A DNA stretch of 64,000 nucleotides, taken from the IMG/VR virus record IMGVR_UViG_3300021389_000014, positions 1 to 64,000 of that record. One strand, given 5' to 3'. Below, one piece after another: positions 1-8,459 of the stretch; the first letter of the stretch is position 1, and each line of letters opens with the position of its first letter. Under the pieces are notes generated by a model, which saw only the letters and a program-made list of their open reading frames with translations, ran no database searches and was not told where the DNA came from. A program made the position numbers and the translations under genes. This DNA is from a virus.

Positions 1-1184
1 CTTCTGCCACTAACAATCATATTTTGAGCAAGTTTTAAGACATTAAGAAAATCTTGGCCAAGAACACTAGTAGTATATCCCGTCATATCTTTTAAAAAAA
101 CTTCTATATCAATTCCAGTTGCTAAAGATGATACTAACGAATCTGTCATATCTTTTGTAAATATGCCACCAAAATTTGTAATTATACTATTAAATGCATT
201 TTTTTGTTGTTTTGTAAGTGTCGCATAATAAGAAGACACAACTGAGTCATTCATAACTTCCATTCTTCCTGTCAGCATTTCTCTTCTGCTTTGTCCGGTC
301 AACTTTGCCATAGCACTAGTTTGATATAACAATTCATTTAAACTATCTGTCAAATTCAATTGGCTGTTGCCTAAAAGTTGTCCACTTTTTTGTCTTATTC
401 TCATTTCATCCAACAAAACTTGATTTAGTTCTGTTATGGACATACCAAAATAGTTGAAATCTTCACCGGCTTTTTTTAAAAACGAGTTTAATTCTTCTGA
501 AACTAGTTTTAAATAATTATTTGAACTAAGTCCTAGACCTCTAAAAGATTCCGTGTTTTCAGAAATTAACTTTGTAAAATCTTCCATAGACATTGCCGCA
601 TCGCCTGAATATTTTCTAAGATTTATTAATTCTACACCAAATGCAGCACCGCTGTCTGCTAAGTCTATTATAGATTTAGAGAAAACTTGCATTTGCCCAA
701 CAACAAAACCAATTGCAGACGCAATCCCAGAGAACAAAATTCCTAACAGTGGTATTGAAGAAGTTACACTTTTAATAGAATCTAGAACAGAATTTATAGA
801 ACTAAAAGCACCATCTATAGTTCCGATGTCGTGCTGGAATGAACGTGTTAAATCTCTTTTCATATCTGAAAAAATTTTGTTACGGTTTTCTTCCCTTTCT
901 TTTTTCTTTGCTTCTCTTCTTTCTTCCAAATCATGAAATCTTTGTTCTAGTCTGGTTCTATGTTTTTGCTCAGAATCAATACTTGACAAAGAAATGTCTA
1001 CTTTCTTCATTGCATTAGCTATTAATTTATTAGTTTTTTCTGAATTGTTTATATTTTTTAAAATTCCGGTCAATAATTTTGCAGAAGCAACGCCACTATT
1101 TTCTATTTTTTGGAGAGTCTCTTCTGTTGCCCAATCCAATGTAATATAAGTTCCGTTGAAATCTATATCTTTATTTTTTGCCAT
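1..1184 (-). CDS. Probable tail tape-measure protein, 5' part (runs off the window; absent from ORF track)
   Basis: Manual translation from ATG at 1184: MAKNKDIDFNGTYITLDWATEETLQK...; no stop seen in the stretches read. Helical, Ala/Gly/Ser-rich, with a hydrophobic segment (IPLLGILFSGIASAIGFVVG). AGGA SD and late promoter upstream; next to hub chaperone genes. Confidence 0.6.
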   Translation of the reverse strand, partial: MAKNKDIDFNGTYITLDWATEETLQKIENSGVASAKLLTGILKNINNSEKTNKLIANAMKKVDISLSSIDSEQKHRTRLEQRFHDLEERREAKKKEREENRNKIFSDMKRDLTRSFQHDIGTIDGAFSSINSVLDSIKSVTSSIPLLGILFSGIASAIGFVVGQMQVFSKSIIDLADSGAAFGVELINLRKYSGDAAMSMEDFTKLISENTESFRGLGLSSNNYLKLVSEELNSFLKKAGEDFNYFGMSITELNQVLLDEMRIRQKSGQLLGNSQLNLTDSLNELLYQTSAMAKLTGQSRREMLTGRMEVMNDSVVSSYYATLTKQQKNAFNSIITNFGGIFTKDMTDSLVSSLATGIDIEVFLKDMTGYTTSVLGQDFLNVLKLAQNMIVSGR

Positions 1185-1210
1185 TTTTCAAAATCCTATA
1201 AAATATGTAG

Positions 1211-1250
1211 ATAAATACATTTAGTTACATTTTACTATGTAAGTATTTAT
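1211..1250. promoter_or_regulatory. Pair of oppositely oriented late promoters: ATAAATA at 1211-1217 (+) and 1244-1250 (-)
   Basis: Match to the T4 gp55 late consensus (T)ATAAATA, between two divergent structural genes. Confidence 0.7.
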
Positions 1251-1271
1251 GGTATAAAATTAGGAGAAAAT

Positions 1272-2123
1272 ATGTCTGAAAATCCACTATCATCACTATA
1301 TCGTTCAAAATCAAATTATGTATCTCTGCCAAGCAGAGGTAGATTTTACACAAGTGGGATAAAATTATCAATAGATGGAGAACTAGGTGTTATGCCTATG
1401 ACCATCAAAGACGAAATAGAGTTAAAATCGCCAGATTCTCTTTTCAATGGAACTGCTTTAATTAATGTTATAAAAAATTGTGCACCAGATATTGTTGATG
1501 TATCTGAAATACCAATTTGCGACATAGACTCTATTCTTTTTGCAATAAAAGCAGCAAGTGAAGAAAATATGGAAATAGAAGTAGAATGCAAATCATGTAA
1601 AGAAATAAACAGCTATAATTTGAATTTAAATCGCTATCTATATACTGCAAAGCAAATACCAGATGATAACACCATTATTCACGAAGATGGAATCGTATAT
1701 TTAAAACCTCATACGCTGGATACCGTGTCAAAGCAAAAAATACAAGATTTTAAAATTACTCAAATGGAAATGCAATTAAAAGATAAACTGTTAGAAGAAA
1801 ACAATAATGAAATTTTAAATGAAATAACAAATAATCTGAAAGTATTGTATAACGAAACAACAGAAATAACTATTGATATTATGGTCGATAGCATATACAA
1901 AATATCAATCCCATCAAAGGATATAGAAGTAGTAGATAAAAATCATATAAAAGAGTGGGTGTTGAATATCAATCGCGATTTAGTCAAAAATATAAACAAA
2001 AAGATAGGATCACTTAATAAAAATGGGATCAATAAAGAAATTGAAATGTCATGCACTAGCTGCGAAAATAAATTTAAATCTGAATTGGAGATAAATCCTT
2101 TAAATTTTTTCACAAACGAGTAA
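1272..2123 (+). CDS. Baseplate hub/tail assembly chaperone, T4 gp26-like
   Basis: N-terminal LPSRG, MTIKDE, two CxxC pairs (CKSC, CTSC), C-terminal NFF; AGGAG SD. Confidence 0.75.
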   Translation: MSENPLSSLYRSKSNYVSLPSRGRFYTSGIKLSIDGELGVMPMTIKDEIELKSPDSLFNGTALINVIKNCAPDIVDVSEIPICDIDSILFAIKAASEENMEIEVECKSCKEINSYNLNLNRYLYTAKQIPDDNTIIHEDGIVYLKPHTLDTVSKQKIQDFKITQMEMQLKDKLLEENNNEILNEITNNLKVLYNETTEITIDIMVDSIYKISIPSKDIEVVDKNHIKEWVLNINRDLVKNINKKIGSLNKNGINKEIEMSCTSCENKFKSELEINPLNFFTNE

Positions 2124-2128
2124 TCAAT

Positions 2129-2344
2129 ATGTACGGAAGTGAATTAAATTCGTTTCTTAATAATATGATTACTCAAAGAGAACAAATAAAGAAAAATATA
2201 ATCGATCTATCTATATATTCCAATGGTTCCATCAGACTCGAAGATATGTATAATCTTACAACTATAGATGTTGCCAATATTGAAAAGACAATATTGGAAA
2301 AAATAAAGATGGATAAAGGAATCAAATCACAACAAATGCTCTAA
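2129..2344 (+). CDS. Small gp51-like hub assembly protein (possibly the -1 frameshift extension of the upstream gene)
   Basis: Size and position after the gp26-like gene; poor SD; in the -1 frame behind a slippery run. Confidence 0.55.
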   Translation: MYGSELNSFLNNMITQREQIKKNIIDLSIYSNGSIRLEDMYNLTTIDVANIEKTILEKIKMDKGIKSQQML

Positions 2345-2362
2345 GATGTAAATCTCAAAAAC

Positions 2363-2595
2363 TCAATTAAGAAGAACTAAAAATAAAATCACTAGAAAAG
2401 TATTTTTTCTAGTGATTTTTGTTTATTGGTTACGTAGTAACCAATGTGCAGAATAACTAAAGAACATTATATCATAATAGCATAAGAGATACTTGTTCAT
2501 TTCATTCACAAGTATCTTTATGAATCATCTATATATTCACTACGCTTATGCTTCGTTCATATATAGATGATTCATTTATTGAGATTCTTAATTGA
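2363..2595. repeat. Cluster of four perfect inverted repeats (15, 9, 10 and 17 bp stems) enclosed by an 11-bp outer inverted repeat
   Basis: Stems 2385-2399/2405-2419, 2425-2433/2437-2445, 2487-2496/2508-2517, 2520-2536/2559-2575; outer 2363-2373/2585-2595. Confidence 0.85.
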
Positions 2596-2644
2596 TTAGA
2601 TATATGATTATATATTTGAATACTGTATAATATACAATATAAGA

Positions 2645-3127
2645 TAATGAATATCATTACCTTGGATTTTGAACACACTTTGCCTTCCGACGGGCAAAGC
2701 ATGTTCAGACTAGTGGTGTTATTACCTCATCATCATCACACTCTATACAGATCGACCATGTAACGTCTGGAAGAGGCGGTTATCCTGTACCTCTTTACGA
2801 TCTAACTTCCCTACTCAGTATTATTATTATAATACCTTTTGTGACAGCGCATCTCATTGTATAAAGCAGTATAGATTACCGTATACGAGAATGTAGGTTC
2901 CAAGTGATCAGGAGAGCCTACTCATTTTCAGGAGAGTCACCCCTGATACTTACAAGATTATATCTTGACAAAAAACGAACTTTCCGGAATTCTTTTCATC
3001 AGAAAGCACAACTTACCATTCCACTGGCTACGAGCATTACCTCGGCTAGATTTCGGCAGATAAAAAACATTATCATTTGCGTTGCTATATGTTTATAAAG
3101 GGTTCTGTGTTAGCCATATTAGTTATA
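2645..3127 (-). ncRNA. Candidate large structured non-coding RNA (~480 nt), family unassigned
   Basis: No credible ORF; own promoter at 3134-3162; several stems closed by G-U pairs only on the minus strand; four GGUAAU motifs. Boundaries approximate. Confidence 0.55.
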
Positions 3128-3133
3128 AGTTAA

Positions 3134-3162
3134 TTTATACCATATATAATGATTCGGGTCAA
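3134..3162 (-). promoter_or_regulatory. Sigma70-type promoter firing into the non-coding region
   Basis: TTGACC-17 nt-TATAAA(T) with TG extension. Confidence 0.7.
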
Positions 3163-3674
3163 GTCCTTTTACACATTTTTTCAAAAGAATTTGCATTTTT
3201 TTCAAAGAAATCTTCAAACTTAGTTAAACGCCAAGTTCCCCAATTTTCGGATTCATAATCTACAAATCTTCCACATTCAAAATCCTGTGGCAACTGATAA
3301 GCAACATAACGACCAATGTAATCAAATTTCATAAAAATTATGTTTACATCTCCCTCGTCAGATACTTCCATAGTTTGGTCTATGAAATTCTCTAAATCCG
3401 GTATACGGTCGGTAGATAACAATTTGTGAAATTGAAATTCCTTATAACGCTTACATTCACAATTAAAATGAATCCAATCGTCAGGAGGAACAATATCACC
3501 CTTGTGTGAGCGTATTTGTCCCTCTGTGAGCGTATTTTTTCTAGAGGAATTTTTACCCCCTATGTATGCGCCCGACGCCTGAATTCTATGAAAACTGTCA
3601 CTATATAAATCTGAAAGATACTTTGCTACTTCCCTCTCAAATCCACTGCCTTTAACTTTACTTTTACTTGCCAT
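3159..3674 (-). CDS. Holliday junction resolvase-like PD-(D/E)xK nuclease
   Basis: KGSGFEREVA...GDI...ECK motifs; start moved to MASKSK (3674), downstream of the terminator and late promoter. Confidence 0.75.
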   Translation of the reverse strand: MASKSKVKGSGFEREVAKYLSDLYSDSFHRIQASGAYIGGKNSSRKNTLTEGQIRSHKGDIVPPDDWIHFNCECKRYKEFQFHKLLSTDRIPDLENFIDQTMEVSDEGDVNIIFMKFDYIGRYVAYQLPQDFECGRFVDYESENWGTWRLTKFEDFFEKNANSFEKMCKRT

Positions 3675-3679
3675 ATAGT

Positions 3680-3687
3680 TATTTATA
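3680..3687 (-). promoter_or_regulatory. Late promoter TATAAATA, 5 nt before the ATG
   Basis: Perfect T4 late consensus. Confidence 0.75.
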
Positions 3688-3695
3688 TAGTTAAT

Positions 3696-3718
3696 AAAAA
3701 AGGGGCACAAAATGCCCC
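3696..3718 (-). terminator. Intrinsic terminator after gp46
   Basis: GGGGCA-TTTTG-TGCCCC followed by a T run on the minus strand. Confidence 0.75.
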
Positions 3719-3725
3719 AATTTTC

Positions 3726-5483
3726 TTAATTTTCTTCTTCTATAGAATATGCAGTAAATCCGTTTTCTTTTGTAACAGTAAGTATGTTATTCACCCTACC
3801 CATCAACTCTTCTCGGTGGGAAATTAGGAATATAGATTTGTTTCTTTCACGACACATGGTTTTTAATAGTTCAAGTGCAGCTTCAACTCCGTTTCCGTCT
3901 AGGCCATTGTCCATCAGTTCGTCAACTGCCATAAAGTTTATACTATAATTCATACTTTCAAAAACATCGCGGAAACTCCAGCTTAGACCAAGAATAAGAC
4001 GATTTCTTTCGCCACGGCTTAAATTGTCGAAATCTAAATCACGTCCAAGTTCTGTAATATCTACATTAAGATCACTTTGGAATTTAACTTCGTGCGGTAA
4101 TCCTAATTTTTCAAGATAATATGCAAGGCGATTGTTAAGATATACTAAATTTTGTTCAATGATTTTTTTACGAATAAAGCTATCTTTATTTGTAAGTAAT
4201 TTTAATAAGAAGTCTTGATGAGTTTTTAAGTCTGTAAGTTCGTTTAGTTTATCCCAACTAATAGGTTTTAACGCAGTGTTTTTAAGTGTTTCAATTTGTT
4301 CACTATACGGGTCTGATGCTTCTGTTTTTTCTTTTATCTTATTTTCAACATAAGAAACTGAATTTTTATGTTCGTAAGCATCATTTATTGAACTATAAAA
4401 GGTAGATGGCTTTTCAATTATACTGGTATGACTATCTAGTTGTTCTGTTAACCCTGAAAGTTCCGTTGCAAGTATTTCTATTTTTTCATTAAGAGATTTT
4501 ATAGATTCACTTTTATCACCAATAAGAGACAGATGATTTTCATCATGCAATTTCTGTCCACAAGCAAAACATTCGTGATTTTGTAGTTTTTCTAATTCAT
4601 TTTCGTATTTAATTTTTCTTTTATCTAGTTCACTAAGTTGTTTTGTTTTCTCGTTGTGTTTAGATTTTAAATCACGATGTTCTGAAACTGACTTTTCATA
4701 GGACGAGAGTAATTCGTGGTTTTTTATTTCAGTTTCAATATCAATTTTCAGCAATTGTTCAAGGGTTTTTGAAAATTCTTCCAAATCGTTTTCTTTGGTA
4801 GTTTCCCAAATACGCTTTCTGCGTTCTAAATCTTTGATACTTTTTTCTATCTGATCATTTGCTTCGCTTACTGCTTTGTTTTTGTATTCTTCTTCTTTTA
4901 TACGGTCCTTTGTATCTTTTATAAGCTCTTTTAAAACAGTAGCCTTTTCACTAAGCTGTGTTATGCCTAATAATTGCTCAATAGTATCACGTTGTTCTGC
5001 TGCTCTCATAGAAAGAAATGGTTCTGTAAATGTATTAAGACATACTAAGTGTTTAAACATAGTATGACTCATTCCTATTAACTTTTCAATTTCTTCTTGA
5101 GTAAGACGATTTTCCCCTTGTTGTTCTTCGGTTTCGTCTTCCATATCGTTTACAAAGAAACGCAAAGCAACAGGCTTGCGTCCGCGTTCAATACGATACT
5201 TATTTCCGTTTACTTTAAATTCTAGTGTAACCAACATATTTTTATTATTGGTTATGTTTACCATATTATCTTTTTTAATATTGGTTAGAGCAGAGCCGTA
5301 TAGTGCAAAAGAAATGGCGTTAAGCATAACACTTTTGCCAACACCATTTCTGCTACCATTTCCGCCCAAATCTAAGTTATTACCGATAACAAGGGTAAGA
5401 TCACTGTCTTCAAAGTTTATGGCTTGGGTAATGTTACCCACGCTCATAAAATTCTTCATTGTGACATTTTTAAAAGTTATCAT
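3726..5483 (-). CDS. gp46: Recombination endonuclease ATPase subunit (gp46/SbcC/Rad50)
   Basis: KNFMSVGN, Walker A NGVGKS, coiled coil with CFAC zinc hook, signature LSRGE, Walker B AVDELMD, ISH. Confidence 0.93.
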   Translation of the reverse strand: MITFKNVTMKNFMSVGNITQAINFEDSDLTLVIGNNLDLGGNGSRNGVGKSVMLNAISFALYGSALTNIKKDNMVNITNNKNMLVTLEFKVNGNKYRIERGRKPVALRFFVNDMEDETEEQQGENRLTQEEIEKLIGMSHTMFKHLVCLNTFTEPFLSMRAAEQRDTIEQLLGITQLSEKATVLKELIKDTKDRIKEEEYKNKAVSEANDQIEKSIKDLERRKRIWETTKENDLEEFSKTLEQLLKIDIETEIKNHELLSSYEKSVSEHRDLKSKHNEKTKQLSELDKRKIKYENELEKLQNHECFACGQKLHDENHLSLIGDKSESIKSLNEKIEILATELSGLTEQLDSHTSIIEKPSTFYSSINDAYEHKNSVSYVENKIKEKTEASDPYSEQIETLKNTALKPISWDKLNELTDLKTHQDFLLKLLTNKDSFIRKKIIEQNLVYLNNRLAYYLEKLGLPHEVKFQSDLNVDITELGRDLDFDNLSRGERNRLILGLSWSFRDVFESMNYSINFMAVDELMDNGLDGNGVEAALELLKTMCRERNKSIFLISHREELMGRVNNILTVTKENGFTAYSIEEEN

Positions 5484-6502
5484 AGTTTAGAATAAATCTC
5501 CATTAATTTTTTGTTATTTATTACATCGCTATCTACTGCACTAAGTTGATTCACAACAATTTGATCTACATTTTCAATTTCTAAATCACTATCGGTTTTC
5601 CAATCGTCGCTGTCTGCTTCAATTTTCCTTGGAATAAGTGCTAGTTCTCGTAGATTGTATTGTGTTAAAAAAGTGTCTTTTATGTAGTTCGCTTCTTCGT
5701 AAGAAATTGGTATGTCTAGTGTAACACGACAATAGGATTTTGGCAACAAGTATTTTTCAGGTTCGTCAATAAGTGTTGAAAGATTGATAGTAACATATTT
5801 TGGTCCATCTGGCCAATCTATGTAAGTTGGTGTCTTGTCCCATTCTAACACCAACATACCTCTTTCATCGTCCCAAGCATCTGCATAATTATGACCAAAC
5901 GGCGAACCAACATAATTTACTTTTCCGCCACTTTGTCTTTTATGAAAGTGACCACTAAAAACATAATCTGGAATAGTGAAATCTTCTTTTTTCAAACCAC
6001 CATGGTCTGGCATTTCTACCATCGCATTCATTTTAAATTTAGGTAATTCAAAATGTCCGAAAACATATTTTGCTTTTAGTTTTGGTATCTTTTTCCATTC
6101 ATCTTCTACCAGCCAAGGAACCAATGCTACATTTTTTGTAACAATTGGTTTCTCGTTTATGACAGTAATGTTCGGAAATAGTTCTGCAAAAGGAAAGCTG
6201 AATAAATCTCGCTTTTCACGATAATACAAATCGTGGTTTCCGGTTAGGACGTACACCTGTTCAAAACTTTCGCTTAATTTTTTAAGACCAGTGTATCCGT
6301 ATTTTAGAGTAGATATGTTTATACTATTTCTTTGGTGGTTCCAGTCTCCTAAAAAGATGCAAGTTTCGCAATCGTTTGACTTTGCCTGTTCGCAAAACCA
6401 TTCCAAAAAATCTTCGCAATCTTGGTTATGGATTTTTGAATTATTTTTAAGTCCATAATGTATATCGCCAAAAATTGCAGCTTTCTTAAATAAATTAGCC
6501 AT
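5480..6502 (-). CDS. gp47: Recombination endonuclease nuclease subunit (gp47/SbcD/Mre11)
   Basis: Metallophosphoesterase motifs DIH, GD, GNHD, GHFH; likely start MANLF. Confidence 0.92.
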   Translation of the reverse strand: MANLFKKAAIFGDIHYGLKNNSKIHNQDCEDFLEWFCEQAKSNDCETCIFLGDWNHQRNSINISTLKYGYTGLKKLSESFEQVYVLTGNHDLYYREKRDLFSFPFAELFPNITVINEKPIVTKNVALVPWLVEDEWKKIPKLKAKYVFGHFELPKFKMNAMVEMPDHGGLKKEDFTIPDYVFSGHFHKRQSGGKVNYVGSPFGHNYADAWDDERGMLVLEWDKTPTYIDWPDGPKYVTINLSTLIDEPEKYLLPKSYCRVTLDIPISYEEANYIKDTFLTQYNLRELALIPRKIEADSDDWKTDSDLEIENVDQIVVNQLSAVDSDVINNKKLMEIYSKL

Positions 6503-7379
6503 TAATGCCAAAATCCTTTTGTTCTTCAATTACTTTGTTGTCGTATTCTTCGCGCCTTGCTTCCTGTTGTTCTTTTTCATCATTGAACTGGCGAGTATAG
6601 CTAGGCATATATCCGTTGTCTTGTAATAAATCATCGCGAATATCTTGAACTTTCTTTTCATTATTTAATACACCCAAAAATGCGTTATTTAATGTTGTCG
6701 TAAAATATGCAAAAGGATTAGAGCCTTTGCTTTCGTCAAAATAAAGACCAAATTTTGAAAGTTGCAGTAGTGCGTTGCCTTTCATTTCTTCTAAGTAAGT
6801 ATAACCTCTAAAGTTTCCTCGCATAGAATATCTGTCAACCAATAACATCATCATTTTTCCAAGGTGGTCGTTTATTTTTCCTTTTGTGAGAGAAAAATGC
6901 CCTGTTTCTAAATCTCCTTCCCAATGACTTCTCACTGCTTCGTGCCATTCTCCATTCTCTAGCGCAAAATGTTTGTATGGTGGAAAGTTACATCTGATGT
7001 GATAATCTGCTTCTGTTTTTGGTGTTTTCTTTTTTGAACTTGAAGGAATGTGATCAAAACACATTAATCTTATTACTAACGGAGTTTCGTTCGCTTCTTC
7101 TTCTGTTACTGAAAATTGAGATAGCTTTGGTTTTGTTTTTGTTTTCAATTCTCCGCTTTCCCATTTTTTTAATTCTATTTCGTATTTGTTATAAGTCAAT
7201 CTTTTATATTTGTTTTCTATAGTTTCGTCTATTTTTTCTTTTGTTAATTCAGATAAATCGCGAACTATATTGTCGTAATAAAAATATTTTTTATCTTCAA
7301 TATAACAAAAACTCATCTTACTGTTGTGTATTTGTTTTAATAATTCTCTGTTATTTAAATAGTTTGTTCTTTTGGCCAT
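6495..7379 (-). CDS. gp55: Late-transcription sigma factor, gp55-like
   Basis: YLNNRELL N-terminus; NFRGYTY.EEM and NPFAYFT...AF...NEKK motifs; beside gp47/gp46 as in T4-like phages; AGGAG SD before MAKRT. Confidence 0.85.
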   Translation of the reverse strand: MAKRTNYLNNRELLKQIHNSKMSFCYIEDKKYFYYDNIVRDLSELTKEKIDETIENKYKRLTYNKYEIELKKWESGELKTKTKPKLSQFSVTEEEANETPLVIRLMCFDHIPSSSKKKTPKTEADYHIRCNFPPYKHFALENGEWHEAVRSHWEGDLETGHFSLTKGKINDHLGKMMMLLVDRYSMRGNFRGYTYLEEMKGNALLQLSKFGLYFDESKGSNPFAYFTTTLNNAFLGVLNNEKKVQDIRDDLLQDNGYMPSYTRQFNDEKEQQEARREEYDNKVIEEQKDFGING

Positions 7380-7398
7380 TATGACTCCTTTTATATAC

Positions 7399-7427
7399 AT
7401 TATACCATACTTTTTTAAAAATGTCAA
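7399..7427 (-). promoter_or_regulatory. Consensus sigma70 promoter for the gp55-gp47-gp46 operon
   Basis: TTGACA-17-TATAAT with TG extension. Confidence 0.85.
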
Positions 7428-7438
7428 GTTTTTATAGA

Positions 7439-7446
7439 TATAAATA
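7439..7446 (+). promoter_or_regulatory. Late promoter of the baseplate operon
   Basis: TATAAATA 30 nt before the ATG. Confidence 0.8.
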
Positions 7447-7476
7447 CAGTATATATGTATTTAAAGGAAATCTTAA

Positions 7477-8166
7477 ATGTCTGATTTTAGAGTTATGTTA
7501 GTTGGAGGGGTATCACGAGGGGTTGGTACGAGTGGATTTTCATCTCCTGTTGGTCTGGGTATTAAAATAGACGTTGGCGGAATTTTAAGTGGTGGAATAA
7601 GTTCTGGATACGGACCGGACCAAGTTGACCCAAGCCTTGCCAACGCAGTCGGTTCAGGTACACGATCCACTGGTGGTGGAATTATATTTCCTTATACACC
7701 TACTATAACTTTTGGAAATAAATCAAATTACAGTGATTATGATTTGGTTCATACAAATTATGCAATAAATGCATTTGTTAATAGTAGACCAGATAATATT
7801 AGTATATCGGCACCTTTTTATAATCAGACAAAAGAAGAAGCATCGTATACCGCAAATGCAATTTTATTTTTAAGAACTTCGATGAAAATGGATTTTGGAG
7901 TTAACGCAACTGGAGCACCGCCGCCCATATTAAGGTTTAGTGCTTACGGGCCTTATAATTTGCAAAATGTTCCTGTTGTGATTTCTAGTTTTAATACTAG
8001 CTACCCGCCTGAACCGGATTATGTAGATGACGGGAATGGTAATTATTTTCCAACCGAAATGACACTTTCCATAGAACTAATACCGCAATATTCTGCTCAA
8101 TTGCAAAGTGAATTCAGCCTTAAAACATTTGCAAGCGGGAATGCATACAGTAGTGGATATATTTAA
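7477..8166 (+). CDS. Probable tail-tube initiator/baseplate protein
   Basis: GIIFPYTPTI, PPPILRFSAYG, VPVVISSF motifs; directly upstream of the gp53-like gene. Confidence 0.55.
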   Translation: MSDFRVMLVGGVSRGVGTSGFSSPVGLGIKIDVGGILSGGISSGYGPDQVDPSLANAVGSGTRSTGGGIIFPYTPTITFGNKSNYSDYDLVHTNYAINAFVNSRPDNISISAPFYNQTKEEASYTANAILFLRTSMKMDFGVNATGAPPPILRFSAYGPYNLQNVPVVISSFNTSYPPEPDYVDDGNGNYFPTEMTLSIELIPQYSAQLQSEFSLKTFASGNAYSSGYI

Positions 8167-8456
8167 TGGCAAATTATAAAAAAACAAGCGTATATAGTAA
8201 TACTATATTGAATAAAAAATATCTGGGCATATACGAGCCGCCTATAACCCCGAATATTGAAAATATGAAAAAATACACCATAACACAAAAATATCATCGC
8301 AGACCAGATTTGATGGCATATGATTTATATGGTAAAAGTGATTATTGGTGGATATTTACTATACTAAATAGAAGCGTTATCAAAGACCCTCTTTTTGATT
8401 TTGTAGAGGGCTTAGAAATTTATATACCAAATAATTTAACACAACTAGGACTATAA
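8166..8456 (+). CDS. Baseplate wedge subunit, gp53-like (LysM-type)
   Basis: RPDLMAYDLYG...WWIF..LN motif. Confidence 0.8.
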   Translation: MANYKKTSVYSNTILNKKYLGIYEPPITPNIENMKKYTITQKYHRRPDLMAYDLYGKSDYWWIFTILNRSVIKDPLFDFVEGLEIYIPNNLTQLGL

Positions 8457-8459
8457 TAT

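Noticed and set aside
553-936. 127-aa plus-strand ORF
   Set aside because: Antisense shadow of the tape-measure-like gene
2904-3098. 64-aa plus-strand ORF in the non-coding gap
   Set aside because: GTG start without SD, no protein-like features, antisense to the promoter and to the G-U-supported stems
3085-3117. 10-codon minus-strand ORF (MANTEPFINI) at the start of the candidate RNA
   Set aside because: No SD and too short to support; cannot be fully excluded as a leader peptide
2345-3158. Retron, group I/II intron, tRNA, tmRNA or CRISPR interpretation of the gap
   Set aside because: No reverse transcriptase in the window, no interrupted gene, no cloverleaf/T-loop, and no regularly spaced direct repeats
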